From Macrostomum hystrix (Eukaryota > Animalia > Platyhelminthes): DNA of 64,000 nucleotides. Positions within the stretch are counted from its first letter, which is position 1; each line of letters begins with the position of its first letter. This document shows, one piece after another, positions 24,775 through 37,452 of the stretch. A program made the position numbers and the translations under genes. The notes under the pieces are model-generated. The model saw only the letters and a list, made by a program, of their open reading frames with translations. It did no database searches and was not told the DNA's origin. The stretch is from the NCBI GenBank assembly GCA_950097015.1, contig CATNEN010000005.1, positions 4,712,001 through 4,776,000 on the forward strand, written 5' to 3'.

Positions 24775-27240
24775 TGAGAGAGTGACAGTCTCAGCCTTCC
24801 TTATCTGTAAGAGAGTGACAGTCTCAGCCTTCCTTATCTGTGAGTGACAGTCTCAGCCTTCCTTATCTGTGAGAGAGTGACAGTCTCAGCCTTCCTTATC
24901 TGTGAGTGACAGTCTCAGCCTTCCTTATCTGTGAGTGAGTGACAGTCTCAGCCTTCCTTATCTGTGAGAGAGTGACAGTCTCAGCCTTCCTTATCTGTGA
25001 GTGACAGTCTCAGCCTTCCTTATCTGTGAGTGACAGTCTCAGCCTTCCTTATCTGTGAAAGAGTGACAGTCTCAGCCTTCCTTATCTGTGAGTGAGTGAC
25101 AGTCTCAGCCTTCCTTATCTGTGAGTGAGTGACAGTCTCAGCCTTCCTTATCTGTGAGTGACAGTCTCAGCCTTCCTTATCTGTGAGTGACAGTCTCAGC
25201 CTTCCTTATCTGTGAGTGACAGTCTCAGCCTTCCTTATCTGTGAGTGAGTGACAGTCTCAGCCTTCCTTATCTGTGAGTGACAGTCTCAGCCTTCCTTAT
25301 CTGTGAGTGACAGTCTCAGCCTTCCTTATCTGTGAGTGAGTGACAGTCTCAGCCTTCCTTATCTGTGAGTGACAGTCTCAGCCTTCCTTATCTGTGAGTG
25401 AGTGACAGTCTCAGCCTTCCTTATCTGTGAGTGACAGTCTCAGCCTTCCTTATCTGTGAGTAAGTGACAGTCTCAGCCTTCCTTATCTGTGAGTGACAGT
25501 CTCAGCCTTCCTTATCTGTGAGTGACAGTCTCAGCCTTCCTTATCTGTGAGAGAGTGACAGTCTCAGCCTTCCTTATCTGTGAGTGACAGTCTCAGCCTT
25601 CCTTATCTGTGAGTGAGTGACAGTCTCAGCCTTCCTTATCTGTGAGAGAGTGACAGTCTCAGCCTTCCTTATCTGTGAGTGACAGTCTCAGCCTTCCTTA
25701 TCTGTGAGTGACAGTCTCAGCCTTCCTTATCTGTGAGTGACAGTCTCAGCCTTCCTTATCTGTGAGTGACAGTCTCAGCCTTCCTTATCTGTGAGAGAGT
25801 GACAGTCTCAGCCTTCCTTATCTGTGAGTGAGTGACAGTCTCAGCCTTCCTTATCTGTGAGAGAGTGACAGTCTCAGCCTTCCTTATCTGTGAGAGAGTG
25901 ACAGTCTCAGCCTTCCTTATCTGTGAGAGAGTGACAGTCTCAGCCTTCCTTATCTGTGAGTGAGTGACAGTCTCAGCCTTCCTTATCTGTGAGAGAGTGA
26001 CAGTCTCAGCCTTCCTTATCTGTGAGTGAGTGACAGTCTCAGCCTTCCTTATCTGTGAGTGACAGTCTCAGCCTTCCTTATCTGTGAGTGACAGTCTCAG
26101 CCTTCCTTATCTGTGAGTGACAGTCTCAGCCTTCCTTATCTGTGAGTGACAGTCTCAGCCTTCCTTATCTGTGAGAGAGTGACAGTCTCAGCCTTCCTTA
26201 TCTGTGAGTGACAGTCTCAGCCTTCCTTATCTGTGAGTGAGTGACAGTCTCAGCCTTCCTTATCTGTGAGAGAGTGACAGTCTCAGCCTTCCTTATCTGT
26301 GAGTGACAGTCTCAGCCTTCCTTATCTGTGAGTGACAGTCTCAGCCTTCCTTATCTGTGAGTGACAGTCTCAGCCTTCCTTATCTGTGAGTGACAGTCTC
26401 AGCCTTCCTTATCTGTGAGAGAGTGACAGTCTCAGCCTTCCTTATCTGTGAGTGAGTGACAGTCTCAGCCTTCCTTATCTGTGAGAGAGTGACAGTCTCA
26501 GCCTTCCTTATCTGTGAGTGACAGTCTCAGCCTTCCTTATCTGTGAGTGACAGTCTCAGCCTTCCTTATCTGTGAGTGACAGTCTCAGCCTTCCTTATCT
26601 GTGAGAGAGTGACAGTCTCAGCCTTCCTTATCTGTGAGTGACAGTCTCAGCCTTCCTTATCTGTGAGTGACAGTCTCAGCCTTCCTTATCTGTGAGTGAG
26701 TGACAGTCTCAGCCTTCCTTATCTGTGAGAGAGTGACAGTCTCAGCCTTCCTTATCTGTGAGTAAGTGACAGTCTCAGCCTTCCTTATCTGTGAGTGACA
26801 GTCTCAGCCTTCCTTATCTGTGAGTGACAGTCTCAGCCTTCCTTATCTGTGAGTGACAGTCTCAGCCTTCCTTATCTGTGAGTGACAGTCTCAGCCTTCC
26901 TTATCTGGGAGTGACAGTCTCAGCCTTCCTTATCTGTGAGTGACAGTCTCAGCCTTCCTTATCTGTGAGTGACAGTCTCAGCCTTCCTTATCTGTGAGTG
27001 ACAGTCTCAGCCTTCCTTATCTGTGAGTGAGTGACAGTCTCAGCCTTCCTTATCTGTGAGTGACAGTCTCAGCCTTCCTTATCTGTGAGTGACAGTCTCA
27101 GCCTTCCTTATCTGTGAGTGACAGTCTCAGCCTTCCTTATCTGTGAGTGAGTGACAGTCTCAGCCTTCCTTATCTGTGAGTGAGTGACAGTCTCAGCCTT
27201 CCTTATCTGTGAGTGAGTGACAGTCTCTGTCTCAGCCTTC
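24775..27240. repeat. Minisatellite, 29-bp unit GTGACAGTCTCAGCCTTCCTTATCTGTGA with 33-bp (+4 bp) variants
   Basis: About 80 almost invariant copies; the longest array in the window. Confidence 0.97.
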
Positions 27241-27564
27241 CCAGTTAACTGGGTTTTTTAAATTGTGTATTATTTCTAACGAGAGTGGCATATACATATA
27301 ATAGCTAAAAATGCTTAATTTGCAAATATTAATTCTCAAGCAGGTACAACATGGTTAAGATTAATTTAAAATCGCATTATGATTGCAAACTTTACCGGAA
27401 CGTCACATATAACTAGCCAATATTTACGAAGACATTTTAAGGCTGCACTTTTGGTTGGGATAATTTACATTATTTAAATAAAAGTTTTTTAAAGATATTT
27501 ATTTAATCTAAAACTATCCAGAAACCAGAACCAAAGATAAAAAGTACTGAGAACCATATAGATA

Positions 27565-27866
27565 TCCAGACAGACAGATAGACTGACAGACTGACAGACA
27601 GACACAATACAGACAGACAGACAGACAATACAGTCAGACAGGCAATACAGTCAGACAGGCAATACAGACAGACAGGCAATACAGACAGACAGGCAATACA
27701 GACAGACAGGCAATACAGACAGACAGGCAATACAGTCAGACAGGCAATACAGTCAGACAGGCAATACAGACAGACAGGCAATACAGACAGACAGGCAATA
27801 CAGTCAGACAGGCAATACAGACAGACAGGCAATACAGTCAGACAGGCTATACAGTCAGACAGACAG
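27565..27866. repeat. Minisatellite, 17-bp unit ACAGACAGACAGGCAAT grading into (ACAG)n
   Basis: Tandem copies immediately 3' of the EndoG stop. Confidence 0.9.
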
Positions 27867-27888
27867 AAAAAACTCGCAGTCCTGTGTG

Positions 27889-30112
27889 TCACATTGTGGG
27901 CCGTTTATTTACGCGAACAACCCGATCCCGGGGCAGCCGATCGAAGATTAGAAACCCGGCGGCTCGCTCGATGGCATCCAACGGGGTTAGGAACAAATCC
28001 AGGTTCGGCTCGGGATCAACCGGGTGGGCCATGTTTGGCACAAGATAGCTCAGCAACTCGTATTGTTGCTGGGCGGTCTCCAGTAGGACTACTTTAAAGA
28101 AGTGAGTAGGCACAGCTACGGAATTATTGCCTAAAACTTCGTAGTGAACAAATTTCCTTTTCGAGCCAGCCTGTTGAATTGGCAGGAACAGGGGACCGGT
28201 GCACACGTAGACGACTGAATAGTGCTTGGCCAGGCTGCGAATGTACCGCTCCAGACTGTTCCACACGTGACGGTTGAAGCCGTGACCTACCTGGCAGAGT
28301 GGGTGAAGGACTAAAGGATGCCATTATCACTGCTGTTTATACTGCAATGTGGGGAATTCGGGTTCTGAGGTGTGATTAGGAAAATGGGGATATCGGAAGG
28401 TGTGATTAGAAACATAAAGATCTTACCAAAAATAGGTATCTGAGAAAGTGTGATTAGGAAAATGGGGATCTGAGAATGTGTAATTAGGGAAATGAGGATC
28501 TGAGAAGGTGTGATTAGGGAAATGAGGATCTGAAAAGGTGTGATTATGAAAATGGGGATCTAAGAAGGTGTAATTGGGGAAATGAGGATCTGAGAAGGTG
28601 TAATTAGGGAAATGAGGATCTGGGAAGGTGTGATTATGAAAATGGGGATCTAAGAAGGTGTAATTGGGGAAATGAGGATCTGAGAAGGTGTAATTAGGGA
28701 AATGAGGATCTGGGAAGGTGTGATTATGAAAATAGGGATCTAAGAAGGTGTAATTAGGGAAATGGTGATCTGAGAAGGTGTGATTAGGAAAATGGTGATC
28801 TGAGAAGGTGTGATTAGGAAAATGGTGATCTGAGAAGGTGTGATTAGGAAAATGGTGATCTGAGAAGGTGTGATTAGGAAAATGGGGATCTGAGAAGGTT
28901 CGATAAGAAAAATGGGGATCTGAGAAGGTGTAATTAGGGAAATGGGGATCTGAGAAGGTGTGATTAGGGAAATGGGGATCTAAGAAGGTGTGATTAGGGA
29001 AATGGGGATCTGAGAAGTTCGATAAGAAAAATGGGGATCTGAGAAGGTGTGATTATGAAAATGGGGATCTAAGAATGTGTAATTAGGGAAATGAGGATCT
29101 GAGAAGGTGTGATTATGAAAATGGGGATCTAAGAAGGTGTAATTAGGGAAATGAGGATCTGAGAAGGTGTGATTATGAAAATGGGGATCTAAGAAGGTGT
29201 AATTAGGGAAATGAGGATCTGAGAAGGTGCGATTATGAAAATGGGGATCTAAGAAGGTGTAATTGGGGAAATGAGGATCTGAGAAGGTGTGATTATGAAA
29301 ATGGGGATCTAAGAAGGTGTAATTAGGGAAATGAGGATCTGAGAAGGTGTAATTAGGGAAATGAGGATCTGAGAAGGTGTGATTATGAAAATGGGGATCT
29401 AAGAAGGTGTATTTAGAAAATGGGGATCTGAGAAGGTGTGATTAAGAAAAAAGGGGATCTGAGAAGGTTCGATAAGAAAAATGGGGACCTGAGAAGGCGT
29501 GATTAGGGAAATGGGGATCTGAGAAGGTGTGATTAGGAAAATGGGGATCTGGGAAGGAGTCACTAGCTTATCACGAACCTGTGGGCAGATATTGCTGAGA
29601 ATGAAAGTCTGCAGACAGGCAGGCTTGTTAATCTTGTGATTTCCCGCAGCGGCCATGTGACCGCGGTCATAACCGCTGCCAGCGTAGTCAGCATTGCTCG
29701 ACCGAAAATACGGATGCTGGCCAAGATCTTCGTAGAATTCGAACCCGGCTCGATCGACAACGCCGCCGCTAGACTTCGATGGTCGCGTTTCCGGTCCCAG
29801 CCGTTCAAACACCCAGGCCGGCAGACGCAACCTCCGATCGTAGGCCAGAACGAAATCGTCAAAGAATTTCACGCCAGAGTCAGTCGGTGAGCCTTATTGG
29901 AGGATCTGGCGGGCCCGATCGCCAGGAACCGACGGCGTCGGCAGAAGAGAGTTCGACGGAGCCGGCAATGATGCAGCCGCGGCTTGCCAGCGCCTCCTTG
30001 AACTGTCATCATCTTCGCTACAGTCAGGAAATAGACGACGATCACCGATGGTGTAGCCAAGCAAACCGGCTGATAAAAGACTGCCCGCTGCCGCCGCTGC
30101 TTTGAGAAGCAT
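27889..30112 (-). CDS. ENDOG: Endonuclease G (mitochondrial DNA/RNA non-specific nuclease), 2 exons, 311 codons, with one in-frame TAA at codon 73
   Basis: Exon 1 30112-29579 and exon 2 28290-27889, phase 0 (CAG|GTTCGT ... CAG|GTA). Contains catalytic GYDRGHMAAAGNH, TFILSNICPQVGHGFNRHVWNSLE, VYVCTGPLFLP and VAVPTHFFKV. Frame is continuous across TAA at 29896-29894 (ILQ*GSPTDSGVKFFDDFVLAYDRR). Confidence 0.88.
28370..29556. repeat. Minisatellite, 30-bp unit GATCTGAGAAGGTGTGATTAGGAAAATGGG filling the EndoG intron
   Basis: About 39 tandem copies. Confidence 0.95.
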
Positions 30113-30121
30113 TTCTTGAGA

Positions 30122-30628
30122 ACCTACTGAATGACCAAATTGAAGTCGATGACCTACCAAATGACTGAATCGAAGACTATGACCTACTGAATGACCGAAT
30201 TGAAGTCTATGATCTAATTGAAGTATATGACCTATTAAATGGTCAAATCTAAGTATATGACCTACTGAATGACCAGTTGGTGGAGTTTATGACCTACTGA
30301 AGAACCAAAAAGTAAAGTTCATGACCTACTGAAATGACCAGTTGGTTTAGCTTATGACCTACTAAAGACCAAGAAGTAGATTCTATGACCTACTGAATGA
30401 CCAAGAAGTAGATTCTATGACCTACTGAATGACCAAGAAGTAGATTCTATGACCTACTGAATGACCAAGAAGTAGATTCTATGACCTACTGAATGACCAA
30501 GAAGTAGATTCTATGACCTACTGAATGACCAAGAAGTAGATTCTATGACCTACTGAATGACCAAGAAGTAGATTCTATGACCTACTGAATGACCAAGAAG
30601 TAGATTCTATGACCTACTGAATGACCAA
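30122..30628. repeat. Minisatellite, 32-bp unit ATGACCTACTGAATGACCAAGAAGTAGATTCT
   Basis: Pure copies at ~30355-30628, degenerate toward the EndoG start codon. Confidence 0.9.
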
Positions 30629-31310
30629 TAAAAATGACAGTTCGACACAAAGTCAATAATAATTATTAATCTATTAAAGTAGTGTTTTTACAGAGTCAGG
30701 TAAGCACAATTATCGAGGCGGATATATAGTTTAGTATATTTTTATATTACAGGCATAAACAGGTATCTAGGAGCAAATACAGGCAAATACAAAGGTTTGA
30801 CAATATGTGTGCAAGAAAAGTCTAAAAAAGGAAAAATGTATTAGCAAAGCACAATAATTCATCGTTTCATAATAGAGATGAGAAAGCGAACAATTATTCG
30901 CCAATAAACGCAAAAAAACGAGGCCATAAGAGAAAACAAACTAACGCATAAACTACTGTAAGTAGGCATCGAACACAACATTGCAGATTTGGCAAGTCAT
31001 TTTTTATTAAAACAAATAGCTACATATTATTCAACAAAACTGCTATTAGATTTGCTATCTTTAAAGTGACAAATATGAAAATGCATACGTTATTCTTATA
31101 TAAATTAATTATTTGTAATCAATGTTACACAACATATGAACTAACATTTCTCTTGGCGCAGGCAAAATATTGTTTACATAGTAAATTCATTTTAAAAGAT
31201 TACAGTAGAACTAAAGAGAATATAAATTGACATTATGTAGATAAATTTACACATCTACAATATTATGAGACAATCTAGCCTAGACAGGAAAGACTAAGTT
31301 ATGTTGGGTC

Positions 31311-32448
31311 AGATACGGAGAGATAAATGATGAGAAACGGAGAGATCAAGAATGAGTTACGGAGAGATAACTGATGAGATACGGAGAGATAAATGATGAG
31401 ATACGGAGAGATAAATGATGAGATACGGAGAGATCAAGAATGAGTTACGGAGAGATAACTGATGAGATACGGAGAGATAAATGATGAGATGCGGAGAGAT
31501 AAAGAGTGAGAAACGGAGAGATAAAGAGTGAGATACGGAGAGATAAATGATAAGATACGGAGAGATAAATGATAAGATACGGAGAGATAAATGATAAGAT
31601 ACGGAGAGATAAATGATGAGATACGGAGAGATAACTGATGAGATACGGAGAGATAAATGATGAGATACGGAGAGATAAATGATGAGATACGGAGAGATAA
31701 CTGATGAGATACGGAGAGATAAATGATGAGATACGAAGAGATAAATGATGAGATACGGAGAGATAAATGATGAGAAGATACGGAGAGATAAATGATGAGA
31801 TATGGAGAGATAACTGATGAGATACGGAGAGATAAATGATGATATACGGAGAGATAAATGATGAGATATGGAGAGATAACTGATGAGATACGGAGAGATA
31901 AATGATGAGATACGGAGAGATAAATGATGAGATATGGAGAGATAACTGATGAGATACGGAGAGATAAATGATGAGATACGAAGAGATAAATGATGAGATA
32001 CGGAGAGATAAATGATGAGATACGGAGAGATAAATGATGAGATATGGAGAGATAACTGATGAGATATGGAGAGATAAATGATGAGATACGGAGAGATAAA
32101 TGATGAGATATGGAGAGATAACTGATGAGATATGGAGAGATAAATGATGAGATACGGAGAGATAACTGATGAGATACGGAGAGATAAATGATGAGATACG
32201 AAGAGATAAATGATGAGATACGGAGAGATAAATGATGAGATACGGAGAGATAAATGATGAGATATGGAGAGATAACTGATGAGATATGGAGAGATAACTG
32301 ATGAGATACGGAGAGATAAATGATGAGATACGAAGAGATAAATGATGAGATACGGAGAGATAAATGATGAGATACGGAGAGATAAATGATGAGATACGGA
32401 GAGATAAATGATGAGATACGGAGAGATAAATGATGAGATACGGAGAGA
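31311..32448. repeat. Minisatellite, 22-bp unit GATACGGAGAGATAAATGATGA
   Basis: About 51 tandem copies starting ~100 bp 3' of the KLHL20 stop. Confidence 0.95.
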
Positions 32449-32547
32449 ATGATTCTATGAGTTGCGAATCAAAAAATCGGTGGAAAATAAAGACAGGAAA
32501 AGTAAACAAACACCAAAAGAGCATTGTAAATACCAACTGGGCATTAT

Positions 32548-35500
32548 TCACTTCTTGTAACCGCGACCAGTGCCCAAGTGGCCATAGTGCAGCCACTGGC
32601 TGAACAGGTCGTGTCCTGTCACGCCGCCAGGCATCGGTGAAGAATCGTGAGACGCATGAGTAAGCCTGATGACGCCGACACCGCCGCCTAGCCGTCTGGA
32701 GTTCATACTGCCGTAGGATTTCCAACAATTGCAATCGGAATCGTAGATTTCAACGGTTTTCAAATAGGTCGATCCGTCGAAGCCGCCGATGGCCATTAAT
32801 TGATTATTGACTACGGCTAGGCCTACACCGCTTCGTCTGGATGTCATGGCAACCACAGGGCGCCAACAATTCAGCTTAGGATCGAAGCACTCGGCGCTAG
32901 ATAATTCCGTGGTGTCGTCTCGCCCGCCGACACTGTAGATGCAGCCGTTGAATACGGCGACGCCCAGGTGCTTGCGACGAGTGGTCATGCTGGCTACCTG
33001 GCTCCAACGATTCGCTCGCGGGTCATAGCTGCCAGTGTGAAATGGAACGGCTATTTCACATCAGATCATGCCTGAGTGTCTTGGCAACCTTTGTCTAGCA
33101 ATATCAACTACCGGTTTATCTACCCTCTCTACTACCTGTTTATCTACCCTCTCTACTACCTGCTTATCTACCCTCTCTACTACCTGTTTATCTACCCTCT
33201 CTACTACCTGCTTATCTACCCTCTCTACTACCTGCTTATCTACCCTCTCTACTACCTGTTTATTAACCCTTTCTACTACCTGTTTATCTACCCTCTCTAC
33301 TACCTGTTCATCAACCCTTTCTACTACCTGTTTATCTACCCTCTCTACTACCTGTTTATCTACCCTCTCTACTACCTGTTTATCTACCCTCTCTACTACC
33401 TGTTTATCAACCCTTTCTACTACCTGTTTATCTACCCTCTCTACTACCTGCTTATCTACCCTCTCTACTACCTGTTTATCTACCCTCTGTACTACCTGTT
33501 TATCTACCCTTTCTACTACCTGTCTATCAACCCTTTCTACTACCTGTTTATCTACCCTCTCTACTACCTGTTTATCTACCTTCTCTACTAACTGTTTATC
33601 TACCCTCTCTACTACCTGTTTATCTACCCTCTCTACTACCTGTTTATCTACCTTCTCTACTACCTGTTTATCTACCCTCTCTACTACCTGTTTATCAACC
33701 CTCTCTACTACCTGTTTATCTACCTTCTCTACTACCTGTTTATCTACTCTTCAATTTCTCTTTTTCCTCTACAAAATGAAACAAGCCGAACAGTGCGAAT
33801 TCTCGCTGTACTCACCGTTCCACAGTGTGCAGCGGTTGTTGACCATCTGAACCGCCAACAGCGTACAGAATACCGTCCAATACGGCAACGCCAACGCCAA
33901 GTCTCCTAGTGCACATGCTGGCTACTCTAGTCCATCGATTAACACCTGGATCGTATCGTTCGACGTAGTTTAAACAGGAGACACCGTCTTGACCGCCAAC
34001 GGCGAACATTGCACCGTCTAGCACGGCTACGCCAACCGAGGTGCGGCATGAACTAGTTGGGGCAACATCGGCTGACCATTGGTTGGTGTGAGGATCGTAC
34101 CTGGTTGGAGGTGGGGTGAGCTGTTTTTGTGTCAGAGAATCGAAGATCTACAAAACTAACCCACAAAAAAATCGAAGATCTACAAAACTAACCTAGTAAA
34201 AAATCGACGATCTACAAAACTAACCTAGTAAAAGAATCGACGATCTGCAAAACTAACTTAGTAAAATAATCGACGATCTGCAAAGTTAACCTAGTAAAAA
34301 ATCGACGATCTACAAAACTAACCCACTAAAAAATCGACGATCTGAAAAACTAACCTAGTAAAAATCGACGATCTACAAAACTAACCCAGTAAAAAAATCG
34401 ACGATCTGCAAAACTAACCTAGTAAAAGAATCGACGATCTACAAAACTAACCCACTAAAAAATCGACGATCTACAAAACTAACCCACTAAAAAATCGACG
34501 ATCTACAAAACTAACCTAGTAAAAAATCGACGATCTACAAAACTAACCTAGTAAAAAATCGACGATCTACAAAACTAACCGAGTAAAAAATCGACGATCT
34601 ACAAAACTAACCTAGTAAAAAATCGACGATCTACTAAAACTAACCTAGTAAAAAATCGACGATCTAAAAAACAAACTTACTAGAGAGCCGACGATCTACA
34701 AAACAAACTCACTAAAGAGCCGACGATCTACAAAACAAACTCACTAAAGAGCCGACGATCTACAAAACAAACTCACTAAAGAGCCGACGATCTACAAAAC
34801 AAACTCACTAAAGAGCCGACGATCTACAAAACAAACTCACTAAAGAGCCGACGATCTACAAAACAAACTCACTAAAGAGCCGACGATCTACAAAACAAAC
34901 TCACTAAAGAGCCGACGATCTACAAAACAAACACAAAAAAAATGGGCGAACTACACAACTAAACCACTGAAAAATCCTTGAAATACAGAATTAGGTGTTC
35001 AAAAAAAACGGGAGGAAAGGCATAAAAGACTTGCAGCAGACAAACCTCTCCACCGAATTGAGATAGCTTTGGCCGTCGTGACCGCCAACAGCGTACATGA
35101 GGTCGCTAAGAACGGCCACCCCCACGCCGCAACGTCGCTTATTCATTGGAGCAACAAGTCGCCACTCCCCGCCAGACGGGGTAGGGTCAAATCGTTCCAC
35201 AGTGTTGATGGCGTCGCCGGAACACCAGCCGCCAACGGCGAATAGAACCTCGCCGCATCGCAACGGCTTCCTTGGCCGGGTCCTCGGGCCCTGCATCAAC
35301 GGCCGCTCCTGAGGCAGCAGGAGGTAGTTCTTGGCTTCGTCGACTAGATCGCGGCATTGGTCGCTGCCGCGAATTAGCAGGTCTGTTCCGACTGTGTTAA
35401 CTAGGAATTTCGGCGACATCTGCATGGGACATTGGTATCGATTGTGAATGATTAAGTTATTAAAAATAATATTATAGCCTCTTATAATGGACTACTAAGG

Positions 35501-37452
35501 ATTTTATAAAAATACTTCAGGTTCCAGAAAACTGACTATTCATTGCCAAATATTTCATGTCTCTAAAAACAATCAAGGACGTTTTCATATCTTTCAGGTC
35601 TCTGATAACTGAATATTCAGGATTTTCTAAATCCTTCAGGTTCCTCATGAACATACTAATCAGGTTTTTTCTAAAAATCGTTCAGGTAAATAATAAGAGA
35701 CTACTCAGGATTATACTAAATTCTTCAGGCCCCTCATAATGGACTATTCAGGATTATACTAAATTCTTCAGGCCCTCATAACAGACTATTCAGGATTATA
35801 CTAAATTCTTCAGGCCCTCATAACAGACTATTCAGGATTATACTAAATTCTTCAGGCCCTCATAACAGACTACTCAGGATTATACTAAATTCTTCAGGCC
35901 CTCATAACAGACTATTCAGGATTATACTAAATTCTTCAGGCCCTCATAACAGACTACTCAGGATTATACTAAACTCTTCAGGCCCCTCATAACAGACTAT
36001 TCAGGATTATACTAAATTCTTCAGGCCCCTCATAACAGAATATTCAGGATTATACTAAACTCTTCAGGCCCCTCATAACAGACTATTCAGGATTATACTA
36101 AATTCTTCAGGCCCCTCATAACAGACTATTCAGGATTATACTAAATTCTTCAGGCCCCTCATAACAGACTATTCAGGATTATACTAAATTCTTCAGGTCA
36201 CTCATAATAGACTATTCAGGATTATACTAAATTCTTCAGGTCCCTCATAAAAGACTATTCAGAATTATACGAGTACTAAACTCTTCAGGTCCCTTATAAC
36301 AGACTACTCAGAATTTGCCTTTTTCATTCAGGTTCACGATTTTGCTCAGTTTGAGGCTAAACCTTCAAAGGTTTAGCCTGTACAAATGTACAAAGAAGCC
36401 TGAGGTGTGGCACTTACCTGAGGCATCCGTACGTGCGACAGTACCAGAGCCAAATGCTGTCTCCTCTCTGGCAGATTGTGCCTAACCCAAGCCATAACGG
36501 CCTGATATACTTGTTCCTCGTTGCGCACATTCAATTCGTCCGATCCGATCATATCGATCAGCTGATTAACTGGCAGAAGTAGAAATTCTTCAGACTCGGT
36601 GACGTCAACAAAATTGTACTGAGCGAATCGTTCGGCAACTTTTAATAATTCCCTGCAGGCGTGCGTGTCGGCAAATGCTCGAATGCCCAGACAGTTGCTA
36701 GGGTCTAACTGGCGCTTGAGGAACTCGCAGCACACGTCTTGAATCTCTTGCAATTGCAACAGGCACGCGGCTGGCAATAGTGTTTGAACATTGGACTCTT
36801 CGACTGTGATGTGAGCAGTGTAGCAGAATTCTACAAGGCTCTCAACTGCCGACTCGTCCATATCTCGCAGCGTCACTTCCTGTTGACGACTTTCGGCCAG
36901 TTCGCCTGTAAACATGGCTCTGAAATACGGCGAGCCGGCTGCCAGAACAGCTCGATGGGCGTGGATTCGACGACTGCCAACCAGTAGGGCCACGTCGCAC
37001 AGCTCCTGCGGGTGGGAACAGACAACCTGGGTATTGCTTCTCTCCCTTCCTCTCTCACTTGCTTCTCTCCATTCCATCTCTCACCTGCTTCTCTCCCTTC
37101 CTCTCTCACCCTCTACTCTCCCTTCCTCGCTAACCTTCTCTCCCTTTTACTCTTACCTGCTTCTCTCCCTTCCTCTCTCACCCTCTACTCTCCCTTCCTC
37201 TCTAACCTGCCACTGACCTCTTTTGCGTCGCCCTCGCCAGGTTCTTTCCACTCCTTTTCCCCAGTCCCTCATCCAGACCTGCTGTCTGCGCATCCAATGC
37301 AAGGCGTCCAAACTAGCTCTTGGATGCCGCTCGGACTGATAGTGCAGTCGACTGCTCGGCGAGCTGGCACCTCTACCGCCTGCTCCTGTGCCGCCGCCAA
37401 CACCACCACTGCCACTGCCAGAGGTGTCGCCCATGCCAATGTCCACCTCCAT
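32548..37452 (-). CDS. KLHL20: Kelch-like protein 20 / diablo (BTB-BACK-6xKelch CUL3 adaptor), 5 exons, ~633 aa
   Basis: Exons 37452-37279, 37005-36418, 35419-35046, 34100-33816, 33028-32548; phases 0,0,2,2 are consistent with GT-AG borders. Diagnostic strings: [81 protein letters not shown]. Confidence 0.95.
33112..33750. repeat. Minisatellite, 24-bp unit CTACTACCTGTTTATCTACCCTCT (KLHL20 intron 4)
   Basis: About 26 tandem copies. Confidence 0.95.
34137..34932. repeat. Minisatellite, ~32-bp unit around CGACGATCTACAAAAC with two sub-types (KLHL20 intron 3)
   Basis: Sub-type A (AAAATCGACGATCTACAAAACTAACCTAGTAA) to ~34670, then sub-type B (AAAGAGCCGACGATCTACAAAACAAACTCACT). Confidence 0.92.
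35690..36312. repeat. Minisatellite, 42-43-bp unit CATAACAGACTATTCAGGATTATACTAAATTCTTCAGGCCCCT (KLHL20 intron 2)
   Basis: About 14 tandem copies; the unit contains two TTCAGG halves. Confidence 0.93.

Noticed and set aside
24775-27240. CRISPR-like appearance of the 29/33-bp repeat (and of the 29-bp array at 62895-64000)
   Set aside because: Units are contiguous with no unique spacers, no cas genes are present, and the context is eukaryotic.
29894-29896. Alternative flatworm mitochondrial code (TAA=Tyr) as the explanation for the EndoG stop
   Set aside because: The gene is nuclear with a spliceosomal intron; a mitochondrial code does not apply to cytosolic translation.
31311-32734. CTGATGA (hammerhead core) in variants of the 22-bp array, and the 429-aa ORF 31445-32734
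   Set aside because: No stem II or GAAA partner in register; the ORF is repeat-derived and overlaps the KLHL20 last exon in another frame.
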